From contig JAVTWI010000241.1 in NCBI GenBank assembly GCA_032229845.1, positions 1 through 43,304 of the forward strand: DNA of 43,304 nt, read 5' to 3'. Below, one piece after another: positions 9,624 through 18,628 of this stretch (within the stretch, counting starts at the first letter, position 1; each line of letters opens with the position of its first letter). This DNA comes from Rhabdaerophilum sp. (GTDB lineage: Bacteria; Pseudomonadota; Alphaproteobacteria; Rhizobiales; Beijerinckiaceae). The position numbers and the translations under genes were made by a program. The notes beneath the pieces were generated by a model. It made no database searches and had not been told where the DNA came from. It was given only the letters and a program-made list of their open reading frames with translations.

Positions 9624-10536
9624 AAGCAGCGAACTCGTTACCCTGCGCGATTTCCTGCGCTATGCCGTGAGCGCGTTCCAGGCCGCGCAGCTTCACCACG
9701 GCCATGGCGCGACAACGGCGCTCGACGAGGCGGCTTTCCTCATTCTCGAAAGTCTCCATCTGCCGGTCGATGATTTCAACGCCTTTGCCGATGCCCGGCT
9801 GACGGCGCGCGAGAAAGCGATGCTCGGCGAGCGGCTGGCGCTGCGGATCGAGAAGCGCATCCCCGCTGCCTATCTCACCGGTCGCACCTATCTGAACGGC
9901 TTCTCGTTCCGGTCGGACCCGCGCGCCATCGTGCCGCGCTCCTACATCGCCGAGCTGCTGTTCTCGCCGCTCTTCGATGGGTCCGGCGGGCCGGAAGCGC
10001 TGGTGAAGAACCCCGACGCGGTGCCTCGTGTGCTCAATCTCTGCACCGGCGGCGGAAGCCTCGCGATCCTCGCCGCGCATGCCTTTCCGAACGCCACGAT
10101 CGATGCGGTGGAGCTTTCGCCCGAGGCGGCCGCGCTCGCGCGCGAGAACATCGCCGATTACGGGCTGGAGGAGCGTGTCCACCTGCTCGAAGGTGACCTT
10201 TTCGCGCCGTGCGGGAAGACGGCCTATGATCTGATCATCTCGAACCCGCCCTACGTCGATCGCGAGACGATGGACATGCTTCCGCAGGAATTCCGTTGCG
10301 AGCCGGCGATGGCGCTGGGGAGCGGCGAGGATGGGCTCGACGTCACCCGCCGGATTCTGGCTGAAGGTGCCGCGCATCTCCTGCCCGGCGCCGGGCTCCT
10401 CTGCGAAGTGGGTCTCGGCAGGGCAGCGCTCGAAGCCGCCTTCCCGGATACCCCCTTCCTCTGGCTCGATACGGCGGACAGCGAGGCCGAAGTCTTCTGG
10501 CTTGCGCGCGCGGACTTCCCGCAGCGCGGCGTCTAG
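9592..10536 (+). CDS. prmB: Ribosomal protein L3 N5-glutamine methyltransferase
   Basis: TLRDFLRYAVS, RIPAAYLTG, IVPRSYIAEL, LCTGGGSL, SNPPY. Confidence 0.93.
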   Translation: MTETAADPRRESSELVTLRDFLRYAVSAFQAAQLHHGHGATTALDEAAFLILESLHLPVDDFNAFADARLTAREKAMLGERLALRIEKRIPAAYLTGRTYLNGFSFRSDPRAIVPRSYIAELLFSPLFDGSGGPEALVKNPDAVPRVLNLCTGGGSLAILAAHAFPNATIDAVELSPEAAALARENIADYGLEERVHLLEGDLFAPCGKTAYDLIISNPPYVDRETMDMLPQEFRCEPAMALGSGEDGLDVTRRILAEGAAHLLPGAGLLCEVGLGRAALEAAFPDTPFLWLDTADSEAEVFWLARADFPQRGV

Positions 10537-10640
10537 AGCGTTTTCCGATCTGACTGGGTTAGATCGGTCGCTCTATCTCATTGTTTTACCGCATCATCTT
10601 TTCCATCAACCGGTGCCTACTTGATGGGATGATGCGCTAG
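10533..10640. repeat. 108-bp CTAG-bounded double-hairpin intergenic element (RIME/Bru-RS-like)
   Basis: CTAG at both ends; hairpin 1 TAGAGCG..CCGATCT/AGATCGG..CGCTCTA; spacer TCTCATTGTTTTACC; hairpin 2 GCATCATC..CCATCAA/TTGATGG..GATGATGC. Confidence 0.75.
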
Positions 10641-13495
10641 GCGACCTCGCTCTCGGCGGCAGGCTCGGCGTCGAAACCTTCCTCGTCCATCAATTGCCGG
10701 ATGCGGCGATAGGCAAGGTCAAGCTCTTTCTCGATGTTGGCCCGCAAGCCCTCGTAGATCTTGCCCACTTCGCCGCGCGCCGCTTTTTCAAGCTCGCTCG
10801 CCATGGCGGCGACGCGCTGCGCGCCGAGCGACAGGCTCATCGATTTCAGCGCATGGGCTGCCTTGCCGAGACGGGTTGAATCGGCGGCTGCCAAAGCGGC
10901 GTCGATCTCCGCGAGCGCCGGCGGTCCGTTCTCGAGATAGAGCCGGTAGATGCGGGCAACGGCGCCGCCGCCGCCCATCCGCGCCATGTCGAGCAATTGC
11001 CGGGTGATCGCCGGTTCGAGGATCGGATCGCCCTCCTCCGCCTCCTCCGCCTTGGGAGACGGCGCGGGCCTTGCGGCCGGTTCCGGGGGAAGGACCGGGG
11101 CGGGGAAGGCCGGCTCCGGTGCCGGATCGACGGCGGGCGGTTCGACCGTGACGATCGGCTCTTCCCGTTTCGCGACCGCCGGCGGTGGCGGGGCTGCCGG
11201 CATCCGGCCACGCGGTGCCGGCTCCGATGCCATGTGGTTCGCGAGGGTATCCGCCATGGCCTGAAGCGTGAACGGCTTGTGCAGAACGGCATTCATGCCG
11301 GCCTTCTTCCAGGCGTCGGCATGGGCGCCGACGACATGGGCCGTGAGCGCGATGATCGGCAACGTCGCCCGGCCTGTTTCCTGCTCCCAGCGGCGGATCG
11401 CCGCCGTCGCCTCGAAACCGTCGATATCGGGCATCGAGCCATCCATGAAGACGAGATCGTAAACCTTGGACTTGACCGCCTCGATCGCCGCGCGCCCGTC
11501 GACCACCGTGTCGCAGGGAAGATCGAAGCGGCGCAGCGTCTCGATGATGACCTCGCGGTTGACCGGATTGTCGTCGGCGACGAGCACGAGATGGCCGGGG
11601 AATTTCGGCATGTTGCCGGTCGCCGCGCTCGTCGCCTGCCGCCGTGCGGTGTTGCCGGAGAGCACGTCCTCGATCACCTGGATGAGTTCCCGCCGCGCGA
11701 CCGGCTTGATGATCTGGCCCTGCGCGAGCCCCTGATCGATGAGCCGGTCCGTCTCCGCATCGCCGAAGGCGCCGACGGCAATGGTCGGTGCGCGCTTGAG
11801 AAGGGGGCGGATGCCGGGGTCGCTCAGCAGTCCCGCTTCCGCGATCACGAGCCGGATTTCGCCATGGCCCGGCGAGAGCGTATCCGCGACAGGGTCGGCG
11901 ATATCGAAACCGAGTTCCTTGAGATAGGCCGAGAGGTTCGCGGTCGTGGCCGGGCCCGATACGGCGAGCAGCACACGGCCCGGCCCCATTGTCTTGCCGA
12001 GCGGCGCGGTATCCATGCGGTCGGCATGGACGATGGGCACGGAGACGAAGAAGGTCGTGCCGACGCCGAGTTCCGATCGGATGAAGATCTCGCCGTCCAT
12101 CGCATCGACGAGGCGCTTGCAGATGGCGAGGCCGAGGCCGGTGCCGCCAAATTTGCGCGTCGTCGTCTGGTCTGCCTGGCTGAAGGCCTCGAACACCTTG
12201 TCGACCTTGTCCGCTGCGATGCCGATGCCGGTATCCTGAACCGCGAACAGCATGTTGCCGGCCCGGTCCGGATCGCGCGAGACCTTGAGGTTGACGCCGC
12301 CGGTCTCGGTGAACTTGAGCGCGTTGTTGACGAGGTTCGACAGGATCTGGTTGAGGCGCACCGGATCGGTCGCGAACCGGTTCGGGATGCCGGGCGCGAT
12401 ATGGGTCGCGAGGTCGAGCCCCTTCGAGCGCGCTTTTTCTTCGAAGAGCTGCGCGACGGTCTCCATCACATCGTCGATGACGACGGGGATCGATTCGAGC
12501 TCGATCTTGCCGGCCTCGATCTTCGAAAAATCCAGGATGTCGTTGATGATCGCCAGCAGGCTGCCGCCGGACCGCGCGATGACGTCGGCGAAGCGCTTCT
12601 GCTTGGGCTGGAGCTCGGAGGCGGCCAGCAGTTCCGCCATCACGAGGATGCCGTTCATCGGCGTGCGGATCTCGTGGCTCATGGTGGCCAGAAAGTCGGA
12701 CTTCGCGGCATTGGCCGCGTCGGCGTTTTCCTTCGCCCGCCGGTAGTCGCGCGTGCGCGCTTCGACCTCGCGTTCGAGGTTGGTCCTGTGTTCCGCGAGC
12801 CGGGTGTCGCGGTACTGGACCTCGTCCAGCATGGCGTTGAAGCTGTTGCCGATGACATCGAGTTCGTCGTGCGAGCCGGTGTCGATGCGTTTGCTGAAGT
12901 CATGGCGCAGGCGGACGTGCTCCATCGTTTCCGTCATCCGTCCGATGCGCCGGCTGATCGAATGCTGGATGCGGAACGCGATCAGGAAGCCGACCAGCAT
13001 CGCAATCAGGCCGGCTGTCAGGGCCGTCTGCAGGCTCTCGACCGCGTTCGCCCAGACCTTCGACGTATCTGCGACGAGATTGAGCTTGCCGACCTCCTCG
13101 CCGCCGGAAATCACCGGCACCTGTTCCTCGAGGCTCTTTTGGCGCAGGACGCTGAGGACGCCCGAGAAGAAGCCGGCATCGGTATTGGTGGTGACAAGCC
13201 GGACGCTGTCTCCCATCGAGGCGAACACCGTGCCGTCGGGGAGGGTGATGCTCGCCGTCGTCACGCCGGGAATCCGGGCAATCGCCCGGAGAACCCGCAG
13301 GGCGTCGCCGCTCGAGCGGGCCTCGACCGCCTCGGCGGTCATCGACGAGAAAATCTGGGCGGTCGCGCGGATTTCGGCGCGCTTGCCTTCGGTGAACCGC
13401 GCGGCCTCGCGCCAGACCGAGACGCCGGTGGCGATCAGGGTTGTCGCCAGCGTCGAAACGAAGATGAGCGCGAGTAGTTTGGCCCTGATCGTCAA
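10637..13495 (-). CDS. Membrane hybrid sensor histidine kinase (periplasmic sensor-HAMP-HisKA-HATPase-degenerate REC-REC-Hpt)
   Basis: Two TM helices, MSHEIRTPMNG, NALKFT, DTGIG, GGTGLGL, REC LVFMDGSMP, Hpt AHALKSMS; TTG start. Confidence 0.92.
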   Translation of the reverse strand: MTIRAKLLALIFVSTLATTLIATGVSVWREAARFTEGKRAEIRATAQIFSSMTAEAVEARSSGDALRVLRAIARIPGVTTASITLPDGTVFASMGDSVRLVTTNTDAGFFSGVLSVLRQKSLEEQVPVISGGEEVGKLNLVADTSKVWANAVESLQTALTAGLIAMLVGFLIAFRIQHSISRRIGRMTETMEHVRLRHDFSKRIDTGSHDELDVIGNSFNAMLDEVQYRDTRLAEHRTNLEREVEARTRDYRRAKENADAANAAKSDFLATMSHEIRTPMNGILVMAELLAASELQPKQKRFADVIARSGGSLLAIINDILDFSKIEAGKIELESIPVVIDDVMETVAQLFEEKARSKGLDLATHIAPGIPNRFATDPVRLNQILSNLVNNALKFTETGGVNLKVSRDPDRAGNMLFAVQDTGIGIAADKVDKVFEAFSQADQTTTRKFGGTGLGLAICKRLVDAMDGEIFIRSELGVGTTFFVSVPIVHADRMDTAPLGKTMGPGRVLLAVSGPATTANLSAYLKELGFDIADPVADTLSPGHGEIRLVIAEAGLLSDPGIRPLLKRAPTIAVGAFGDAETDRLIDQGLAQGQIIKPVARRELIQVIEDVLSGNTARRQATSAATGNMPKFPGHLVLVADDNPVNREVIIETLRRFDLPCDTVVDGRAAIEAVKSKVYDLVFMDGSMPDIDGFEATAAIRRWEQETGRATLPIIALTAHVVGAHADAWKKAGMNAVLHKPFTLQAMADTLANHMASEPAPRGRMPAAPPPPAVAKREEPIVTVEPPAVDPAPEPAFPAPVLPPEPAARPAPSPKAEEAEEGDPILEPAITRQLLDMARMGGGGAVARIYRLYLENGPPALAEIDAALAAADSTRLGKAAHALKSMSLSLGAQRVAAMASELEKAARGEVGKIYEGLRANIEKELDLAYRRIRQLMDEEGFDAEPAAESEVA

Positions 13496-13562
13496 GGCAG
13501 GCTCCCGGATAAGAAAATTTGAGGGGATTATCGTGAAAAGGCATCATTTTAGGGTTAACGAA

Positions 13563-13577
13563 GTAACCGCCGTTTAA
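13563..13577. promoter_or_regulatory. Candidate CtrA site
   Basis: GTAA-CCGCCGT-TTAA, one mismatch to TTAA-N7-TTAA; weaker TCAT-N7-TTAA at 13544-13558. Confidence 0.4.
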
Positions 13578-13611
13578 GTCTTGTCGCCTAGCGTTGCGAC
13601 ACGAGGTTTCC

Positions 13612-14763
13612 ATGTCCTTGGCCGCACTTCAGCAAGCACCGCAAAACGCGAATACGACGCAACCGATGCGGGTTCTGATCGTCGATGACGATCCGATCCA
13701 TCGGGAGACCTCGCGCATGTTCCTGACCATGTACGGCCGCAAGGTCACATTGGCGGAAAATGGCCGGGCAGGGCTGGCGGCGGCGGAAAACAGCGAGTTC
13801 GACGTGATGATCGTCGATCTCGAGATGCCGGACATGACCGGCCTCGAGGTGATCGCCGCCATCCGCAAGATGCCCCGCCACCGCGACCTGCCGATCATCA
13901 TGGTAACGAGCCGCGACGACGCCATGGCGATCGACCGGGCCTACGAACTCGGCGCGTCCTCTTTCGTTGTCAAGCCGGTCAACTGGACGTTGCTCGATCA
14001 TTATCTGCGTTTCGTGCTGCGCGCCTCCAAGAACGAGATCGCCGCGCGCGAAGCGTTCCGCAACGCCGAGAACGTCTCGCGCGCCAAGGACAACCTGCTC
14101 GCCGTCATCCGCCACGAGATGAAGACGCCGCTCAACGCGATCATCGGCTTCACCAAGCTCGCCGTCGAGGCACAGCGGAACGGCGACGTTTCCGCGCTGA
14201 GCGAAAGGCTCGATTTCGTTCGCCAGTCAGGCGAACGGTTGCTGGCGAGCTTTGCCGACATGTCGACCTATTCGGATATGCTTTCGCAGAATCTCAAGCT
14301 CTCGCGCGAGCGCGTCGCCGCGAGCTGGATCGTCGGCGATGTCATGGACCTCTGCGCGCGCAGGGCGGCCGACAAGGGCATCGAACTGGTTTTCCGGGAT
14401 CCCGAGACGAAGGTCGCCGTTCTGGCCGATCAGGCGATGCTTTCGTCGGCCCTGACGCGCCTCGTCGACAACGCGATCCGGCACGCCAAGGATGCAACCC
14501 GGATCGAGATCGCGATCGAGGAACGGGAGGATGCGGTCGTTCTATCGGTCCGCGATGATGGCGAGGGCATGCCGCCGGACGCGGTCAAGCAGTGTCTGGC
14601 GCCGTTTTCGCAGGCGGACATGTCACGTTCGCGCACCTCGGAAGGGCTTGGCCTCGGTCTTCCGATCGCCAGCGAGATCGTTCGGCTGCATCAGGGAAAA
14701 CTGACGATGCAGTCGGAGCCGGGGCGTGGCACGGTTGTCGAGATCAGCCTGCCCCTGGCATAA
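13612..14763 (+). CDS. Cytoplasmic response regulator-histidine kinase hybrid (REC-HisKA-HATPase)
   Basis: VLIVDDD, VDLEMP, KP; RHEMKTPLNAIIG; DNAIRH, DDGEG, GLGLGL. Confidence 0.9.
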   Translation: MSLAALQQAPQNANTTQPMRVLIVDDDPIHRETSRMFLTMYGRKVTLAENGRAGLAAAENSEFDVMIVDLEMPDMTGLEVIAAIRKMPRHRDLPIIMVTSRDDAMAIDRAYELGASSFVVKPVNWTLLDHYLRFVLRASKNEIAAREAFRNAENVSRAKDNLLAVIRHEMKTPLNAIIGFTKLAVEAQRNGDVSALSERLDFVRQSGERLLASFADMSTYSDMLSQNLKLSRERVAASWIVGDVMDLCARRAADKGIELVFRDPETKVAVLADQAMLSSALTRLVDNAIRHAKDATRIEIAIEEREDAVVLSVRDDGEGMPPDAVKQCLAPFSQADMSRSRTSEGLGLGLPIASEIVRLHQGKLTMQSEPGRGTVVEISLPLA

Positions 14764-14792
14764 AAAAGGGCGCGGAACGGCCCGCGCCCTTT
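14762..14792. terminator. Bidirectional intrinsic terminator
   Basis: AAAAAAGGGCGCGG-AACGGC-CCGCGCCCTTT between convergent genes. Confidence 0.8.
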
Positions 14793-14817
14793 CCGAATTG
14801 CGCTTGAACCCGGCTGC

Positions 14818-16089
14818 TCAGGTGAACATGTCGGCCGTGATGCCGGCATACCAGCCGATGTTCTCCGTCTGCACCTGCTTGCGGTGCTCGGGGGTTTCGT
14901 CCAGCTTCGACAGGAAGGTCTCGGCCGCCGTGATCTTGTCCGGCTTCGGCTCGTAGCGACCGCCGACCTTCACGGTGTCGTCCGGTGCGACGAGGCTCCA
15001 GCAGGTATTGGCATAGCGTGCCGGGAAGGTGCGGGACTTCGTGAGTTCACCGCGGATCATCAGCGCCGCCACCTTGGCCTGGCTGTTGGCGGCGAAGCCC
15101 GATTTCGGCATGTCGCCGGCGATCGAGGCGTCTCCGAGGATGAAGATGTTCGGGTCCGTCTGCGAGGCCATGTTCTCCGGGTTGATCGGGCAGAAGCCGG
15201 TCTGGTTGGCAAGGCCGGCATCGATCACGATCTTGCCGGCGCGCTGGGCCGGAATGACATTGACGAGCGCGCAGTTCTTGTAGGTCTCGAACCCGGTCGT
15301 CACCGTCATCGTCTTGGGATCGACCGACTTGATGCCGTCATGCACCTTGGGGCCGAGCCATTCGACGAGGCCCGGATAGTATTTTTCCCAGGCCTGCTGG
15401 AAGAGCCCCTGCTTCGAGAAGCTCTCCTTCGGATCGAGAATGATGATGCGGGCCTTGCCGCGGCCGGAGGACTTGAGCGCGTGCGCCATCATCGAGACAC
15501 GCTCGTAGGGGCCCGGCGGGCAGCGATAGGGGTTCGGCGGGGCGATCATGACGATCGTCTGGCCGTCCTTCACCGCATCGAGCTGCTTCTTGAGGATCTG
15601 GGTCTGCGGTCCCGCCTGCCAGGCATGCGGCATGACTTCCTCATGCTCCTTGCCCCAGCCGGCGACCGAATCGTATTTCAGGTCGATACCCGGCGAGACG
15701 ACCAGCCGGTCGTAGGGCACCCGGCTGCCATCGGCGAGGACGACCTGCTTCTTGTCGCGATCGATCGCGTTGGCCCACTGCCGGACATGCTTGATGCCGT
15801 AGGTCGAGACGAGTTTGTCGTACTTGTGGGTGATCTCGTCAAAGGTCTTGAAGCCGCCGAGATAGAGGTTGGAATGGAAGCAGGTCGTATAGGCTTCCTT
15901 CGGCTCGATCAGCGTGACCTCGATCTCGCCCTTCGAATCCTTGGCGATATATTTCGCAGCCGTCGCGCCGCCGGCACCGCCGCCGATGACGACGACCTTG
16001 GGCTTGCCTTGCGCCAGCACCGAGGGTGCGGAGAGAACCGAGCCTGCGGTCAGCGCGCCGCCGATCAGGACATGTCTGCGATTGATCAT
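14818..16089 (-). CDS. soxF: Flavocytochrome c sulfide dehydrogenase flavoprotein (SoxF/FccB)
   Basis: Tat signal NRRHVL, GGGAGG FAD site, RCPPGPYER, MPKSGFAANSQAK, NTCWS. Confidence 0.92.
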   Translation of the reverse strand: MINRRHVLIGGALTAGSVLSAPSVLAQGKPKVVVIGGGAGGATAAKYIAKDSKGEIEVTLIEPKEAYTTCFHSNLYLGGFKTFDEITHKYDKLVSTYGIKHVRQWANAIDRDKKQVVLADGSRVPYDRLVVSPGIDLKYDSVAGWGKEHEEVMPHAWQAGPQTQILKKQLDAVKDGQTIVMIAPPNPYRCPPGPYERVSMMAHALKSSGRGKARIIILDPKESFSKQGLFQQAWEKYYPGLVEWLGPKVHDGIKSVDPKTMTVTTGFETYKNCALVNVIPAQRAGKIVIDAGLANQTGFCPINPENMASQTDPNIFILGDASIAGDMPKSGFAANSQAKVAALMIRGELTKSRTFPARYANTCWSLVAPDDTVKVGGRYEPKPDKITAAETFLSKLDETPEHRKQVQTENIGWYAGITADMFT

Positions 16090-16151
16090 GATAGTTCCTC
16101 CTTGGCTGTTGTTGGACGCTGCACGCGCCTTGCTTGCTATTTCGCGGCTTC

Positions 16152-16523
16152 TTATTTCGCGACATCGGGCTGGTTGGGGAGCCCTCCGAAATAGGCGGCC
16201 AGCGCCGCGATTTCCTCATCGGTCAATTGCGCCGTGACGGTCTGCATCACTTCGTTGTCGCGCTCTTTCCAGCGATAGGAGTTCACGACGGCGACGAACT
16301 GGTCCTCGGGCCAGGCGACGATCGGCGGAATGCCGCCGACCGCCTTGCCCGTGGGCTGGTGACAGGTGACGCAGAGCGAGGAGAGATATTCGCCGAAAGC
16401 CGCGTCGCCCTTGGGTTTGGGCTTGTCCTGGGCGAGGGCGCTGACGGCAAACGTCACCATGGCTGACAGCAACGCCGCTGCCGCGATCACTTTCGGAAGG
16501 AAGCGCGGTCCTCGCCCGGTCAT
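16152..16523 (-). CDS. Small monoheme c-type cytochrome (FccA/SoxE-like partner)
   Basis: Signal peptide, CVTCH, distal Met in NEVMQ; ATGA overlap with the soxD stop. Confidence 0.85.
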   Translation of the reverse strand: MTGRGPRFLPKVIAAAALLSAMVTFAVSALAQDKPKPKGDAAFGEYLSSLCVTCHQPTGKAVGGIPPIVAWPEDQFVAVVNSYRWKERDNEVMQTVTAQLTDEEIAALAAYFGGLPNQPDVAK

Positions 16524-17173
16524 TCGACCTTCACACCTTTCCCGTCTTCCGGCGTCACGTCGATGATCCGGGCGCGACCCGTCACCTTCGCTTCCGTCTT
16601 GCAATCCTTCATGCAAGGGTTCTTGTTCCAGAACGCTTTCTCGGTCGTTTCGCGATCGTCATCGTAGAAGCCGCCGACATTCGGCATCTTAACCGAGCCG
16701 AACGTCTCCTTCGAGAGCACGAAATCGTCTTTCACGATGCCGTTCATCTGCATGAGGAAGGCGGTGATCGCATAGACCTCGTCGTCGGTCAGCGATCGGG
16801 CGTTGCCGTAGGGCATGGCGCGGCGGATGTAATCGAAGGTCGTCGAGGCGAAAGGCCAGTAGGACCCCGGGGTCTTCTCCGGCGCATCGGCCTTGAGCGA
16901 ACCCTGACCGCCGACGAGAACCGGCCAGCGGCCGACGGCCTCGCCGAATTCGCCGTGGCAGGAGGCGCACTTCTCCAGGAACAGCGCCTCACCCTCCTTC
17001 ACCGAGCCCTTGCCCGGCGGCAGGCCGAGACCGTCGGGGCGGACATCGATATCCCAGGCCGCGACTTCCTCGGGAAGCGCCTCGCGGCCAAGGCCCACCT
17101 TCTTCGCCAGCACCGGCGAGGCGGCAAGGCCAGCGAGCAAGGCCAGCGCGATAACCTTACGAAATCTCGACAT
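16520..17173 (-). CDS. soxD: Sulfane dehydrogenase cytochrome subunit SoxD (monoheme); alternative in-frame start at 17281
   Basis: [31 protein letters not shown]-terminal CMKDC. Confidence 0.93.
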   Translation of the reverse strand: MSRFRKVIALALLAGLAASPVLAKKVGLGREALPEEVAAWDIDVRPDGLGLPPGKGSVKEGEALFLEKCASCHGEFGEAVGRWPVLVGGQGSLKADAPEKTPGSYWPFASTTFDYIRRAMPYGNARSLTDDEVYAITAFLMQMNGIVKDDFVLSKETFGSVKMPNVGGFYDDDRETTEKAFWNKNPCMKDCKTEAKVTGRARIIDVTPEDGKGVKVE

Positions 17174-17295
17174 TTTCAGTCTCCCCGCCGGTGCGAAATC
17201 AAGCGAAGTGGGCACCGGTTCGCGGGAAGATTTCGCGACCCCGGCAAGGAATCGAACGGGCGCATCACGAAATCTCGACATTTTCAGTCTCCCCG
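17159..17295. repeat. Exact 29-bp direct repeat (17159-17187 and 17267-17295) flanking a 79-bp insert with a hairpin (17193-17236)
   Basis: ACGAAATCTCGACATTTTCAGTCTCCCCG occurs twice, 108 bp apart. Confidence 0.92.
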
Positions 17296-18587
17296 TTCGC
17301 CCGCACGAGCCAGGTCTGGATACCGTTGTTGTGGTAGATGGAGTTGACGCCGCGCACCTTGCGCAGGTCGTCTTTCGTCGGCTGGACATAGCCGGTGTCA
17401 TCCATCGCGCGCGACTGGATCAGCATCTCGCGGCCGTCCCAGTCGATATCGGCATAGAAGCGCGTCAACGAGAGCGGCAGCACCGGGCCGTCGAGCCGCG
17501 CGGTCACCCAGTTCTTGCCGCCGTCGATGGTGACATCGACGCGACTGATCGTGCCACGGCCCGACCAGGCCAGACCCGAGAGCACATTCGGCCCCTTGAC
17601 CTTGAGCGGCGCCTGCGGAGACGGGTTGGTGACGATGGATTTGGCGTCCATGATCCAGGTGAAGCGCCTGGCCCGGCCGTCCGCCAGAAGGTCGGTATAT
17701 TTCGAGGTCTCTTCGCGCTGGTGCCAGGGCTGGTCCCCTACCTCGATGCGGCGGAGCCACTTGACCCACATATTGCCTTCCCAGCCCGGCACGACGATGC
17801 GCAACGGGTAGCCCTGCTCCTGCCGCAGCGCCTCGCCGTTCATCGCCCAGACGACCATGCAGTCCTTCATCGCCTTCTCGATCGGGATCGAGCGCGTCAT
17901 GGCGGCACTGTCGGCACCTTCCGGCATCACCCACTTGCCGTTGGTCTTCACGCCGGCCTCGTCGAGCAGCACCTTGAGCGGAATGCCGGTGTACATGACG
18001 TTATGGATCATGCCGTGAGTGAACTGGCAGCCGTTGAGCTGTGCGCCCTTCCACTCCATGCCGCCGTTGGCCGCGCATTCGAGGAAGTAGATCTTGTTGG
18101 TGCGGCCCGGGAAGCGCTTGAGGTCTTCCATCGTGAAGACGAGCGGCTTGTCGACGAGACCGTTGATCATCAGCCGGTGCTTGGAGGGGTCGATCTCCGG
18201 CGCGCCGCCGTGATGGCGTTCAAAGCAGATGCCGTTCGGCGTGATGATGCCGTCGAGCGCATGGATTGGCGTGAAGTTGATCGAGCTTTCGCGGCTCGCC
18301 GTCAGCCATTCGACATCGCGACGCACGACATGCTTCTCGAATTTGGAGGGCATGCCGTAGGGGTGGGCCGCCACGCTGTCGCCGAGATAGCGGTTCCAGT
18401 CCTGAATCTCGGTGATCAGCGGGTCCGGCTTACCTTGCGCGAAAGCCGCGCCCCCGCCGGCCGCCATTGCGGCGCCGGCGCCGGCCGCGCCGAGGAAACG
18501 GCGGCGGCTCAGATCCGGCTGCGGGGCTTGCTGCGGATTCTGCCCGCCTTTCTTCTCATGATTGCTCAGGTTTTTTCCCTGATCCAT
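17265..18587 (-). CDS. soxC: Sulfane dehydrogenase molybdoprotein SoxC
   Basis: Tat signal [44 protein letters not shown]; start 18587 or 18608. Confidence 0.95.
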   Translation of the reverse strand: MDQGKNLSNHEKKGGQNPQQAPQPDLSRRRFLGAAGAGAAMAAGGGAAFAQGKPDPLITEIQDWNRYLGDSVAAHPYGMPSKFEKHVVRRDVEWLTASRESSINFTPIHALDGIITPNGICFERHHGGAPEIDPSKHRLMINGLVDKPLVFTMEDLKRFPGRTNKIYFLECAANGGMEWKGAQLNGCQFTHGMIHNVMYTGIPLKVLLDEAGVKTNGKWVMPEGADSAAMTRSIPIEKAMKDCMVVWAMNGEALRQEQGYPLRIVVPGWEGNMWVKWLRRIEVGDQPWHQREETSKYTDLLADGRARRFTWIMDAKSIVTNPSPQAPLKVKGPNVLSGLAWSGRGTISRVDVTIDGGKNWVTARLDGPVLPLSLTRFYADIDWDGREMLIQSRAMDDTGYVQPTKDDLRKVRGVNSIYHNNGIQTWLVRANGETENVEIS

Positions 18588-18628
18588 GGCACCATGCTCC
18601 CTCTTCATTCGCTTGCGGCGGGGTGGGC

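Noticed and set aside
11030-11230. Pro/Ala-rich segment of the hybrid kinase as a repeat element
   Set aside because: Low-complexity linker without a regular nucleotide repeat unit
10997-13477. 826-aa plus-strand ORF and similar long antisense ORFs (267-1775, 3698-5365, 17010-18857, 18467-20320, 22283-24328, 26173-28557, 31110-32903, 37573-38958)
   Set aside because: Shadow frames of well-supported genes in high-GC DNA; no motifs or RBS
17159-17295. Two 29-bp repeats as a minimal CRISPR array
   Set aside because: Only two copies, 79-bp spacer, the repeat is coding soxC/soxD junction sequence, and there are no cas genes
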